DNA of 64,000 nt from Planctomycetota bacterium (GTDB lineage Bacteria > Planctomycetota > UBA1135 > UBA2386): assembly GCA_965223545.1 (NCBI GenBank), contig OZ245006.1, positions 4,416,001 through 4,480,000 of the forward strand. The letters run 5' to 3'. Every line of letters starts with the position of its first letter. The first letter of the stretch is position 1. The notes under the pieces were generated by a model. That model was given only the letters and a program-made list of their open reading frames with translations, was not told the origin of the DNA and ran no database searches. Below are positions 1 through 9,575 of the stretch, in pieces. The translations under genes were made by a program, and so were the position numbers.

Positions 1-187
1 GCTGCGAAGCGGTGTGCAGTGCCGCGAGGCTGACCGTGTTGCTGATCAGCTCGACGCTGTCGGTGCAGTCGAGGAAGAAGCGGTTGGTGCCCCGCTGCTG
101 ATCGATGTCGCCGCGCACCAACTGGGTTTGCGCGGCGAGCGGAGACAGGCAGAGGGCGGTGACGAGAAGGATCTTGGAGCAGTGCAT
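1..187 (-). CDS. Secreted hypothetical protein, N-terminal part (runs off window start)
   Basis: Translated by hand from ATG at 187: MHCSKILLVTALCLSPLAAQTQLVRGDIDQQRGTNRFFLDC..., signal peptide, no stop before position 1; not in ORF track. Confidence 0.7.
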   Translation of the reverse strand, partial: MHCSKILLVTALCLSPLAAQTQLVRGDIDQQRGTNRFFLDCTDSVELISNTVSLAALHTASQ

Positions 188-366
188 TGCAGTTCGTTGG
201 TAAGGGCGGTGTCGAGAATCAAAAAACGCCGGCGTGGGCGCCGTCTTGCGTCCTTGCCGCGGTCGGAGGAGCTCATTCTCAATCGCCGTGCCAAACCGCC
301 GGTCCGCGGCGTCCCGTCCGCGCTACCGACAACGGGTGTCTGGAGTCCGGACGGTGGTGCCGGGTG

Positions 367-1650
367 TCAGTGGGCGCGGGCGCGCGCAGCGCGATGCAAC
401 CACGCCGTCTGGCACAGGCCGGCCACGGTGAGCGCGCACAGCGTCGCCGGCAGGCCCGGCCACGCACCGGCTCCTACCGCGAGCTGGAGCAACAGTGCGG
501 CAGTGCCGACGTAGACCAGCACGGCGCCGGTCACCGGTCTGGTGACGTGTGCCTGCACCAACACGCCCTGGTAGTAGTTGATCCAAACCGCGTAGGCCGG
601 CATCAGCACCCCGAAGCCGACGCCGAACGTCGCCATCTGCAAGACGTCGCCGCGCAGACCCGAGACGGTGCCGAACCAGACCTGGGCGAGCGGTGTGGAC
701 CAGATCAGCAACAGCGCGCCGCTGGTCGACCATGCCAGCCAATGCGCGAAGCGGCGCAGCGCGCGCGCCCCGTCGGCGGTCGACGAAAGGCGGACGGCGA
801 CCTCCTGGTAGGCGAAGCCGAACGAGCGCAGCATGAAGATCAAGCCGTAGACGGCGCCCCACGCGGCCAGCGACGGCATGGCGCTCGGCATGCGGTTCAT
901 CGCCGCCGCGCCGATCGGCTGGAGCGCGAGGGTGAGGAGCGGCGTGATCGCCAGCGGCACGTAGAACCGGCGGAAGCGGCGCCAGGTGAGCGGGGTTGCG
1001 GTGGGGTCGTGCTCGGGCAGGGCGGCGCGGGCTTCGCGCACGGCCCAGGCCGCGTACAGGGCATCGGCGGTGACGCCGGCGGCGATCGCGGCGGCGCCGA
1101 CCGCCGCGCCGCAGTAGCCGCCGTGCAGATAGCCGGCTGTCAGCACGATCGCGTTGGCGCTCAGGCGCAGGCCCGTGCCGATTCCGATGTGGTGCGACCG
1201 CTCGTGGCGAATCAGCAGTCCGTGCTGGAACCGCCGGTAGGCGATCATGCTGGTCCACGGGGTCAGCAGCTGCAGACCGATGCGGCCGGGCTCGATGGTG
1301 TCCGGCGGTGCGCGCATCCAGTCGGCGGCGATCACGTCGTACAGCGGCGTGAACGCGCAAGCGGCGTGCACCGCCGTGAGCACCGCGATGGCGATCCACA
1401 CCGCGCGCGACAGCCACGAGTAGCTGCGACGATCGACGGCGAGGGCGGTCGACGCCGCCAGCAGCATGATGATCGGTCCCTCGATCAGCAGCGCGATCGG
1501 ATAGATGATCGAGGCGATCGCGGCCAGCTGAGCGTCGGGATCCGGCAGCCGAGACACGACGCCGACCACGAGCGGCATCTCCGCCCCCATCAGCAGCCAG
1601 CTGGCCGCCAGCGGCCACCACAGCTCGAGGATCCTGCGCTGCGTGATCAA
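367..1650 (-). CDS. MATE/MOP-superfamily (ANKH-like) multi-pass membrane transporter
   Basis: 427 aa, many TM segments, two repeated halves (WWPLAASWLL / FYVPLAITPLL). Confidence 0.65.
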   Translation of the reverse strand: MITQRRILELWWPLAASWLLMGAEMPLVVGVVSRLPDPDAQLAAIASIIYPIALLIEGPIIMLLAASTALAVDRRSYSWLSRAVWIAIAVLTAVHAACAFTPLYDVIAADWMRAPPDTIEPGRIGLQLLTPWTSMIAYRRFQHGLLIRHERSHHIGIGTGLRLSANAIVLTAGYLHGGYCGAAVGAAAIAAGVTADALYAAWAVREARAALPEHDPTATPLTWRRFRRFYVPLAITPLLTLALQPIGAAAMNRMPSAMPSLAAWGAVYGLIFMLRSFGFAYQEVAVRLSSTADGARALRRFAHWLAWSTSGALLLIWSTPLAQVWFGTVSGLRGDVLQMATFGVGFGVLMPAYAVWINYYQGVLVQAHVTRPVTGAVLVYVGTAALLLQLAVGAGAWPGLPATLCALTVAGLCQTAWLHRAARARAH

Positions 1651-1740
1651 GCGGGGATCTTGCCCGTGACCCGGCGTGGCGACAACGGCAGCGGACCCGC
1701 GCGCGCGGTTTTATGAGCCGCTGCGGTGGCAGGGCGTGGC

Positions 1741-2097
1741 ATGATCGACGCCGTGTTCTGTCGGAGTCGTATCTCGCTTTCGGGGGCGGCGCTGTTGCTC
1801 GCGGCCTGCGCGGCGCAGGCGCCGGTCGAAACGGGCGTCGCCGGCGAGCCGACCGAAGTCGTCGTGCTGGACGCCGCGTTCGTCGAGTTCGAAGGCGAGC
1901 GGCGGCCACTGGAGTTCTTCTTGCTCGAGGTCCGGCGGCGGTGTCGGGCGGCCGGTGACGACGAGGATCGGCTGCCGGCGGTGCGGTTGGCGTTTGCCCC
2001 CGCCGCCCAAGAGCTCGGCGGCCAGTGGTTGGATGCGGTGATCGACGAGCTGCGCAAGGCCGGCATCCGCCACCTCAACGTCGGTGGCGACGGTTGA
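1741..2097 (+). CDS. Hypothetical lipoprotein, C-terminus weakly ExbD/TolR-like
   Basis: Lipobox LAAC; ends VIDELRKAGIRHLNV; stop overlaps next start. Confidence 0.55.
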   Translation: MIDAVFCRSRISLSGAALLLAACAAQAPVETGVAGEPTEVVVLDAAFVEFEGERRPLEFFLLEVRRRCRAAGDDEDRLPAVRLAFAPAAQELGGQWLDAVIDELRKAGIRHLNVGGDG

Positions 2098-2789
2098 CCA
2101 TCGCGTCGCTGCCGCGTCCGCCACGCCTGTTGATCTTCGACGTCGACGGCACGCTGCAGGACACCTTCCAATGGTGGCCGCGGGTGATCCGCAAAGGTCT
2201 CGCCCGCTTCGCCGCCGTGTATGACGTCGCGATCCCGCCGCCCGACGATGTGGCCGCGTGCGCGGTCGTCGGATTCGCCGACGCCGAAGTATGGGCTCCG
2301 CTGTTGCCAGCGACGCACCGGGACCGCTGGGTGGAGCTGCGCGAGCTGGTGCTTCCGCTCGAGGAGGAGGAGCTCAACGGTGGGCGCGACTACCTCTTCG
2401 CCGGCGTCCGCCCGCTGCTCGCCGGGCTGCGCCGTGCCGGCGTCGCAGTCGCGCTGGCGAGCAACTGCCGGGCGCGCTATTTCGCGGCGGTGTGCGATGG
2501 GCAAGGGCTGCGCGCTCTGTCAGATTGGCAGTTCTGCCTGGACTCGCCCGGTGTCCGCACCAAGGCTGACATGGTCGGGCAAGCGCTGGCGGCGGCCGGG
2601 GTGGAGCCGCGGGCCGCGGTGATGATCGGAGACCGGGAGAGCGATCAATCAGCCGCCGTCGAGCACGGGGTGCCCTTCGTCTGGCGCGTCAACGACCGCT
2701 GCTCGTTGGGCGACGCCGACGGCCAATGGCATGGGCAGGCCGGCGAGCTGCTCGGCCTCCTCGGGCTTCCGGCAAATATCGTAGACTGA
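2094..2789 (+). CDS. HAD-family hydrolase (phosphoglycolate phosphatase-like)
   Basis: LIFDVDGTL motif I, MIGDRESD motif IV; TTG start overlaps upstream TGA. Confidence 0.85.
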   Translation: MTIASLPRPPRLLIFDVDGTLQDTFQWWPRVIRKGLARFAAVYDVAIPPPDDVAACAVVGFADAEVWAPLLPATHRDRWVELRELVLPLEEEELNGGRDYLFAGVRPLLAGLRRAGVAVALASNCRARYFAAVCDGQGLRALSDWQFCLDSPGVRTKADMVGQALAAAGVEPRAAVMIGDRESDQSAAVEHGVPFVWRVNDRCSLGDADGQWHGQAGELLGLLGLPANIVD

Positions 2790-2834
2790 GGGGCGCACTC
2801 GTCCCGCCCGCCAGGACTTTCCGGACCCGAGCCC

Positions 2835-3242
2835 ATGAGCCTAGGTGCACAACTGCCGGTGTTCATCATCGGCATCGTCTTCTTCTTCGTCTATCAGATG
2901 GTGCGCCTCAGCGCCAAGGAGCGCGACGACAAGCGGCGCATCGACCTGGTCGAAAAGGCGATGGAGAAGGGTGATCTCGACGCGGCGACCAAGCGGCAGC
3001 TCGTCCAGGCGGTGGTCGGTGAGTCTCCGCGGTGGTCGCCGCTGTTGGTGATCGGCTGGCTCGGTCTGTGCGTCGGGTTGGGCATGTTGGCGGTGGCCTG
3101 CCTGAGCTATGGCAACGAGCGGATGTTCCAGCAGGCCATTCTGGTGACCTGCGGCGGCTTCGGTTTGCTCTCGCTCCCGATCGCGATGCGCGAGCTCGGC
3201 AAGATGCAGGCCACGCGGTCCGTTTCTGGAGGAGAGTCCTGA
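2835..3242 (+). CDS. Small 3-TM membrane protein (paralog 1)
   Basis: Hydrophobic segments; shares GWLGL.VGLG..A...LSLP.A.REL with next gene. Confidence 0.7.
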   Translation: MSLGAQLPVFIIGIVFFFVYQMVRLSAKERDDKRRIDLVEKAMEKGDLDAATKRQLVQAVVGESPRWSPLLVIGWLGLCVGLGMLAVACLSYGNERMFQQAILVTCGGFGLLSLPIAMRELGKMQATRSVSGGES

Positions 3243-3643
3243 TGGGTGCCATCGAGGCAGTCGTGGTCATGGTCGGAATGGGGCTGGCCGGCGTGCTCGG
3301 CTTCACGGTGGTCCGAGGGCGTCTGGCGCTCCAGCGACAGCGCTATCGCGTTGTGGAGATGGCGCTGCAGCACCCGGCCGTCGACCGGGAGACGCAGCGG
3401 CAGCTGCTCGAAGTCGTCGCCCAACCCACGGGTCTCTTCGGCCGGCTGTTCCGGCCGCGCACGGTGGCGACGCTCGGCTGGCTCGGGATGTTCATCGGTT
3501 TGGGGTGCTTGGCCTCGGGCGATCGCGACGCCGAGGCGGCGGGCCCGGTGATCGCGCTGATCAGCTTGGGCGTGCTCAGCCTGCCGCTGGCGCTGCGCGA
3601 GCTCGACGCGCGGCGGCTCGCTTCCAAGTCGTCCGCGAGCTGA
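3242..3643 (+). CDS. Small 3-TM membrane protein (paralog 2)
   Basis: ATG overlaps upstream stop (TGATG) after GGAGAG; MGAIEAVVVM...GWLGMFIGLGCLA...LSLPLALREL. Confidence 0.7.
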   Translation: MGAIEAVVVMVGMGLAGVLGFTVVRGRLALQRQRYRVVEMALQHPAVDRETQRQLLEVVAQPTGLFGRLFRPRTVATLGWLGMFIGLGCLASGDRDAEAAGPVIALISLGVLSLPLALRELDARRLASKSSAS

Positions 3644-3709
3644 CGCGCCGGGCCGACCGGCCGACAGCCGGGGGTGGTCCAGGCCGGGAGCCGGTCTAAG
3701 CTCTCGGCA

Positions 3710-4594
3710 ATGACGCCCCGCCGCGACCTGTTCGAAGAGATCGTCCGCCTGCGCGCGGAGGGGGTCCCGGCGGCGTTGGCGACCATCGTCGGGACCCGCG
3801 GATCGACCCCCGGGCGCGAGGCGATGCGGCTGCTGGTGCTCGAGGACGGCACGTTTCTCGGCACCGTCGGCGGCGGATGCCTCGAGGCCGAGGTCTACGA
3901 AGCGGCGCTCGAGGTGATCCGCACCGAGCGGCCGCGCTCCCTCCAGTTTCGTTTGACCGAGTTCGAGTCGCCCGATTCCGGCCTGCTGTGTGGCGGGGAG
4001 GTCACCATCTTCGTCGAGCCCATCACCACTCCCGCGCTGTGGATCTTCGGCGGCGGCCACGTCAGTGCGGCCTTGTGCCAGACCGCGGCGATGGCCGGCT
4101 TCCGGGTCACCGTCTGTGACGACCGGCCGGCCTTCGCCAACACCGAGCGCTTTCCCCAGGCCGCCGCCACCCTGGCGGCCCCCTTCGCCGAGGCCGTCGC
4201 CCGGCTCCCTCTCCGGGCAAACACTTATGTGGTGGTGGTCACCCGGGGCCACCAGGAAGACGGCGCCGTGCTGCGCGCGCTGGCCGAGCGCTGGGGCCGT
4301 GGCGAGCGGGCCAAGTTCGTCGGCATGATCGGCTCCAGGGTGAAGCGCGGCGTGCTGTTTCGCGGCCTGCGCGCCGATGGCGTGGCGGAGGAGTTCTTGG
4401 CCGCGGTGCGCAGCCCCGTCGGGCTGTGCGTCGGCGCCGTGACGCACGAAGAGATCGCCGTCGCCGTGGTCGGTGAGCTGATCAGCGTGCGCCGGACCGG
4501 GGTCGACGCGGCCGCAGCCTGGCGCGACTACAAGCGGCGGCGTCCCCGCGGCGAGCCGACACCGCCCTCCGCGGCCGACGCCGATTCGGCCTGA
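3710..4594 (+). CDS. xdhC: XdhC/CoxI-family molybdoenzyme maturation factor
   Basis: GSTPGRE, GTVGGGCLE, CGG, IFGGGHV, VTRGHQED, GMIGS, SPVGL motifs. Confidence 0.9.
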   Translation: MTPRRDLFEEIVRLRAEGVPAALATIVGTRGSTPGREAMRLLVLEDGTFLGTVGGGCLEAEVYEAALEVIRTERPRSLQFRLTEFESPDSGLLCGGEVTIFVEPITTPALWIFGGGHVSAALCQTAAMAGFRVTVCDDRPAFANTERFPQAAATLAAPFAEAVARLPLRANTYVVVVTRGHQEDGAVLRALAERWGRGERAKFVGMIGSRVKRGVLFRGLRADGVAEEFLAAVRSPVGLCVGAVTHEEIAVAVVGELISVRRTGVDAAAAWRDYKRRRPRGEPTPPSAADADSA

Positions 4595-4746
4595 AACGCC
4601 GGGGCCTCGGGCCGCGGCGGCGATGAACCAGGCGGGCAAAGGACCGTTTGGCCGGGTTCGGTTGCGGGCGCCGAACGGTCCTGGCATCATCCTCCGCCCC
4701 CCCGGATCCGTCGCCTTCGGGCGGCGCCCAGCCCATCTCGAGTGCA

Positions 4747-5799
4747 ATGAACAAGGTTGTCGCCGCCGCGGTTCTCGCCGCTTGCCCCTCTCTCGCCGCG
4801 CAGTCGGACCGCATCGTGTGGACGGATGGCACGGTCACCAAGGACGTCCGCGTCACCGATTTCACTTGGAAGGAAGTCACTTGGACCGAGCGCGGCAACG
4901 AGAGCACTCGATCCGCCGACTTGGTCGCCAGTATCGATTGCGAGAAGTGGGCCGATACCTACAAGCGGGCGTTGGCGGCCGGCACGGCCTCCGAGGCGTA
5001 CGACCAGTATCGCCTCCAGCTCGACAAACTGACGGACAAGCCCTTTCTGCAACAGTACGGGTTCATCGAGGGGGCCCGGTTGCTGGTCGGCAACGCCGAG
5101 TACAGCGAAGCGTTCGCGTTGCTCGAGAAGCTGCGCGCCGATTGCCCCAACTCCGGGTTCCTGCCGGACGTGTTTCGCTTCAAGCTCGACTACTACCTCG
5201 GCCTGGGGGCGGAGGGCGCCAACAACGCCAAGACGGTCGCCAAGAAGTACAAGGACACCGCGATCCAAGAGGGCTGGCCGGACGGCTTCGTCGCCGACGC
5301 CAACCTCTACGAGACCATGGCCAAGGCGGCCGCCGGCGAGGCGACCGGGAGTGCGTTGCAAAACGAGCTCAAGGGCCTGGTCAGCCGCACCGAGAGCACC
5401 TACCCCGACGTCGCCAGTCGCGCGCGCGTCCAGTACGGCCACGCGTTGCGCGCGGCGAACGAGCTCGATACCGCGCGCGAGGCCTACGAAGAGGTCTTGA
5501 GCAAGGACGGGATCTCCGAGCGGGTCATGGCGCAGGCGTTGGTCGGGCTGGGCTACACGCACATGGCGACCGGTGATCCGAGCAACACCGAGCCGTACCG
5601 CGACGCGATGCTCGCGTTCCTGCGGGTCTACTTGGCGGCTCCCAACGCGGGCAAGGAGCTGCGCGCCGAGGCGGTGTTCAACGCCGCGGCAGCCGCCGAC
5701 AAGTGGCGCGGGGACGATGCGTCGGCGATGGCGCGCCGGCTGCGGAGCTACCTCCGCCGCGACTTCGCCGACACCAGCTGGGCCGAGAGGCGCACCTGA
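4747..5799 (+). CDS. Secreted tetratricopeptide-repeat protein
   Basis: Signal peptide MNKVVAAAVLAACPSLAAQ; helical TPR-like repeats. Confidence 0.75.
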   Translation: MNKVVAAAVLAACPSLAAQSDRIVWTDGTVTKDVRVTDFTWKEVTWTERGNESTRSADLVASIDCEKWADTYKRALAAGTASEAYDQYRLQLDKLTDKPFLQQYGFIEGARLLVGNAEYSEAFALLEKLRADCPNSGFLPDVFRFKLDYYLGLGAEGANNAKTVAKKYKDTAIQEGWPDGFVADANLYETMAKAAAGEATGSALQNELKGLVSRTESTYPDVASRARVQYGHALRAANELDTAREAYEEVLSKDGISERVMAQALVGLGYTHMATGDPSNTEPYRDAMLAFLRVYLAAPNAGKELRAEAVFNAAAAADKWRGDDASAMARRLRSYLRRDFADTSWAERRT

Positions 5800-6512
5800 G
5801 CAGTCGCGCCGCGGAGCCGAACGGCGCGCTCCCACCCGTCACCGAGCTGCCGCCGCCAGGCTGGCTCAACCGCGCGTTCTACGGCGTGCTGTGGGTCAGC
5901 TGCAATCTGCTGTTCCGGGTCTACTTCCGCTACTCGGTGCGCAACGCGCCCCGGCTGCGCGGCCCGTACGTCGTGGTCGCCAACCACACCTCGTTCTTGG
6001 ATCCGTTGTTCTTGTCGGCGGCGCAGCGGCGGCGGGTGTGCTACCTCATGTCGGAGGTCTTCTACCGCAGCCCGCGCGCCTACTGGTTCTATCGGTTCGC
6101 GCGGGCGATCCCGGTCTCGCCGCGCGGCGGCAACCGCCAGGCGATGCGGGCCGCGCGCGACGCGCTGGCGCGCGGCGACGTGATCGGCATCTTTCCGGAG
6201 GGGGGGCTCAGCCGTGACGGTGAGCTCTATCTGGGCCAGCCCGGCGCGGTGTCGCTGGTGCTCTCGTCCGGCGTCCCCGTGGTGCCCGCGGGCATGACCG
6301 GTGCCTATGACGCGATGCCGCCGAGTGGCGGTTGGCCGCGGCCGGCGCGGGTGCGGGTGCGGTTCGGACCACCGCTGACGGCGGACGAGCTGAGCGGGCC
6401 GAAGTCCCCCGACCGCAAGGCCCGTCTGGGCGCTGCGACCCGGCGGATCATGCGCGAGATCGGCGCGCTGACCGAGCAGAGGTCGCGCGAGCAAGTGCTC
6501 GGCCGAGACTGA
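5796..6512 (+). CDS. Lysophospholipid acyltransferase (PlsC family); start uncertain
   Basis: NHTSFLD (HX4D), IFPEGG, PVVP motifs. Confidence 0.85.
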   Translation: MSSRAAEPNGALPPVTELPPPGWLNRAFYGVLWVSCNLLFRVYFRYSVRNAPRLRGPYVVVANHTSFLDPLFLSAAQRRRVCYLMSEVFYRSPRAYWFYRFARAIPVSPRGGNRQAMRAARDALARGDVIGIFPEGGLSRDGELYLGQPGAVSLVLSSGVPVVPAGMTGAYDAMPPSGGWPRPARVRVRFGPPLTADELSGPKSPDRKARLGAATRRIMREIGALTEQRSREQVLGRD

Positions 6513-6569
6513 CCCGGCAAAACCCCGCCGGAATCGCGGGCGCGCGCTCCGTTATCGGCGACGCGCCGG

Positions 6570-7112
6570 TTGGCGCGCGGAGCATTTGTCGTGGTGCACG
6601 AGCGAGAAGAGCTGTCTGCCCGGGTGCTGGGGATCGCGACCCGCTATCTGGCGCGCTGGGCCGATCCGCTGACGCGTTCGTCGGCGGACGATCTGGCCCA
6701 AGAGGTCGCCTGCGAGGTCGTCTACAGTCCGCGGCGCCCGTCGCGCGATCGGCTCGGCAGCTTCGTGCGCACGGTTTCGCGCCGCCGCCGCGGCCGGGCG
6801 ATCCAGCGGCAAGCACGTGAAGAGGCGCTGATCGACGCGCAAGCGCACGTCGCGGAGCAGCGCGGGCCCGCGATGATCGCGATCGGCGACCACTGGATCG
6901 CCCGCGAGGAGTGCTTGGCCGCGCTCGACGCCGCATTGGCCGAGGTCGGCGCGTTCAACGAGCGCCTGCTGCTCGACTACTACCACGGGTTCAGCTGTGG
7001 GGAGCTGGCCGATCGCTACGGGTTGAGCGTCTCGTGCATCAAGGTGCGGCTGCACCGCAGCCGGCGGCGGATCCACGCTGCCCTCTTGAGCCGCCTGCGC
7101 GTCGGCGGGTGA
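6570..7112 (+). CDS. ECF-type RNA polymerase sigma factor
   Basis: ADDLAQEV region 2; GFSCGELADRYGLSVSCIKVRLHRSRRRI region 4 HTH. Confidence 0.75.
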   Translation: MARGAFVVVHEREELSARVLGIATRYLARWADPLTRSSADDLAQEVACEVVYSPRRPSRDRLGSFVRTVSRRRRGRAIQRQAREEALIDAQAHVAEQRGPAMIAIGDHWIAREECLAALDAALAEVGAFNERLLLDYYHGFSCGELADRYGLSVSCIKVRLHRSRRRIHAALLSRLRVGG

Positions 7113-7180
7113 TCGAATCGGCGCCACCCGCAGCGGGCGGCGCGACCATCGTTTGTCGCAGAATCGAGAAGGAGAACGAG

Positions 7181-8014
7181 ATGTCGGAGAACAGCCGTCG
7201 ATACGAGAATCGAGGCGTGTCGTTGTGGAGGCGGTGGGTCGGCGTGGCCTGCGCCGGCCTCTTGGGTGCATCGCTGTGCGCACAGGGGGGCGAGGACGAC
7301 GCCACCGCCGCCTTGCGCGACGCGTCGCGTCTGGTCAAGGCGATCAAGGGCCTGGAGGGCGACGAGCGAAGCGCGGCAATCGACCGCGCGTTGGCCGCGT
7401 TCGAGGCGATCGGCAATCGGGATCAGGTCGCGGCCGGCCCGCGTGCCAGGGCCTACTACGGGGCCGCCGAGCTGTTGCGGCGCAAGGGCGAGCTGGAGCG
7501 CGCCGCGAACGCCTACGGCAAGGCCGCCGAGCTCGATGCCGACGCATTCGGCGAGCGGGGGCTGAGCGGCCGCGCCCACATGCTGCGGCGACTGCAGCGA
7601 TGGGATGAGGCGTTGGTCCTGTACCGGCGCGTCGGCGCCATGGATCGCCAGACCAATCGCGTGCACGAGGCGCGCTTGTGGGTGGGGCGCTGCCTGCTCG
7701 CCCAAGACGATGTCGAAGCCGCGGTCACCGCGTTCGAGCAGGGCTTGCAGGCGGCGCAGCGGCCGCGGCACCTCATCGAGACGTGCAATTGGTTGGCCAA
7801 GGCCCACCTGGTCCGCGGCGACCTCGGCGCTGCCGACGCGGCGCTGCAGCGCGCGGCCCGCGCGGTGCCCGCCGGGGACTCCGACGAGGCGCGTTCGCTG
7901 CAACGCGCCGTCGACAAGATGTCCGCCCGGCGCGCCCTGCAGCGCGCCAAGGACAAGGCCAACGGCGCGCACGACGACGCCATCGACGTCGAGCGCAGCC
8001 GCCGGCGCGGCTGA
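7181..8014 (+). CDS. Secreted TPR protein
   Basis: AAGGAG SD before ATG 7181; signal peptide and several TPR motifs. Confidence 0.75.
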   Translation: MSENSRRYENRGVSLWRRWVGVACAGLLGASLCAQGGEDDATAALRDASRLVKAIKGLEGDERSAAIDRALAAFEAIGNRDQVAAGPRARAYYGAAELLRRKGELERAANAYGKAAELDADAFGERGLSGRAHMLRRLQRWDEALVLYRRVGAMDRQTNRVHEARLWVGRCLLAQDDVEAAVTAFEQGLQAAQRPRHLIETCNWLAKAHLVRGDLGAADAALQRAARAVPAGDSDEARSLQRAVDKMSARRALQRAKDKANGAHDDAIDVERSRRRG

Positions 8015-8257
8015 TCGAGTTGCGGCTCCGCCTCGCGATGCACACGAAAGGGCTTGCCTCCGCCTTCGTGTGTGTCGCGGTGATCGTTCGCCTCTCCGGG
8101 CCCCCACCGGCGACGGCGGGGAGGACGATGCGGGCGAGTTTGGAATCACTACCAAGGATAAGACCGGGAGGACGAGCGTCGCCGCGATCAGTTGCTCGAG
8201 GTCGCGAGTTGGGGTGCCGCCTTGCCGAAAAGCGGCATGATGGAGGAGAATCAGCGA

Positions 8258-9146
8258 ATGGCTGGGCCTTTCGCCACAGAAGCACTCCTCTGGCCTCTGA
8301 ACGAGGTCGAGCGCAAGTACGCGCCTGAGGAGCTTTTTTGTGCTGGCGACACGTTGCTCCTGGCCACCCCGTGCGTCTCTGTGGTCGGCTCGAGGAAGGC
8401 GAGTGCTGAAGGACTTGCTCGAGCGGGACGTTTCGCGCGCCTCCTTGCCGAGCGGGGTGTCACGGTCGTCAGCGGTCTCGCGGATGGCATCGATACGGCG
8501 GCTCACCGAGGTGCCATCGATCACCGCGGTCGAACGATCGCTGTTCTCGGCACGCCTCTCGAGAAGTGCTATCCGGCGAAGAACCGCGGGCTCCAGAACC
8601 TCAGCGCGGCCGGGGCCGCAACCAAACACGGAGCATTCCGCGACCCGAGCGTCGGTCGAGGGTCCCGCGGTCGCCGGCGGCCCGCGCTGAGCCCAGAGGC
8701 CAGTGTTGTCTTCGAGCCTCAGGGAGCTGCGTTGTCGAAGTTCTAGCGGCATCGAGCCTTCCGAGAGGTTGTCGCCGCGCGAAGATTTGCGGACCCTGAG
8801 GCTCATCATGCGAGAGCATCTGGCGATCTCGCAGTTCGCTTCGGGGACCAAGACCGGCCGGCACAGCTTTCCGATTCGAAATCGTGCCATGGCACTGATT
8901 TCCGACGCCACGGTGATTATCGAAGCGGCGGACAACAGCGGGTCGCTGCATCAGGGGTGGGAGGCATTGCGCCTCGGGCGGCAGCTGTTCATCGCGAAAT
9001 CGCTCTTCGACAACCAGGACCTCGAGTTCCCGCACAAGTTCGAAGGTTTCGGTGCTGAGGTTCTCGAGGATGAGGAGTCGGTGGACCTACTCTGCGCCGA
9101 GCTCCCACGGAGTCGCCGTGAACACTCCGCCGAAGTGCCTTTCTGA
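8258..9146 (+). pseudogene. dprA: Short DprA/Smf-family protein split by a 202-bp insertion
   Basis: SVVGSR, VVSGLADGIDTAAH, TIAVLGT in frame 1; FPIRNRAMALISDATVIIEA..SGSL in frame 2; removing 8604-8805 restores ...RGLQNLIMREHL... Confidence 0.88.
8600..8805 (+). mobile_element. ~200-bp non-autonomous element, copy 1 (CTCA at both ends)
   Basis: CTCA at 8600-8603 and 8802-8805; interrupts dprA; highly similar inverted copy at 43190-43394. Confidence 0.88.
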
Positions 9147-9554
9147 AGTTCGCTTCGCGGCCATCCTCGCCTACTCGACTCTGGCAGACCCAGGAACAGA
9201 GATCTCACGCCAGTCCCAGCTCGTCCGTGATGCCATCAAAAGTAGCCGGGCGAACTATCTGGATCGCTTTGGCGAACGCGCAGCGGAGGCGCATGGCACA
9301 ATCGGGGAGCGAACGGGCCAAGAGGATCCGGAAGAGCGCGTTCCGTCGTCGGGGGCAGGACCGACGACGTCGTGACGCGTGGAGCGCAGCTCGTCGGTGC
9401 CGCGTCGCTGGTTGCCTCGGCGTTCCCCGCGGCCGAGGTTCGGGCACTCGCCGCACTGCGAGCGGTGAGTGGCGAAGAGGTCGCTTCGATCTTCGAACCC
9501 GTTGTCGGCACGATCACGAACGGCGGAAACAACCAGGTGTGGCGCCGGCCCTGA
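9118..9554 (+). pseudogene. Fragmented ComF-like phosphoribosyltransferase, partner of dprA
   Basis: Three pieces in three frames: CLSEVRFAAILAYS...VRDAIK, KRIRKSAF, and DDVVTRGAQL (PRPP-binding loop, from 9363) to ...VWRRP*. Confidence 0.7.
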
Positions 9555-9575
9555 CAACGTAGAAGCCGGAGCGTC

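Noticed and set aside
8016..8045. Further remnant of the CTCA element (GTTGCGGCTCCGCCTCGCGATG)
   Set aside because: Too short and degenerate to call
8703..8801. Protein family MSLRVRESSRGDNLSEGSMPLELRQ / SGIEPSERLSPRED (also 43189-43431)
   Set aside because: These peptides are translations of the non-coding repeat, not genes
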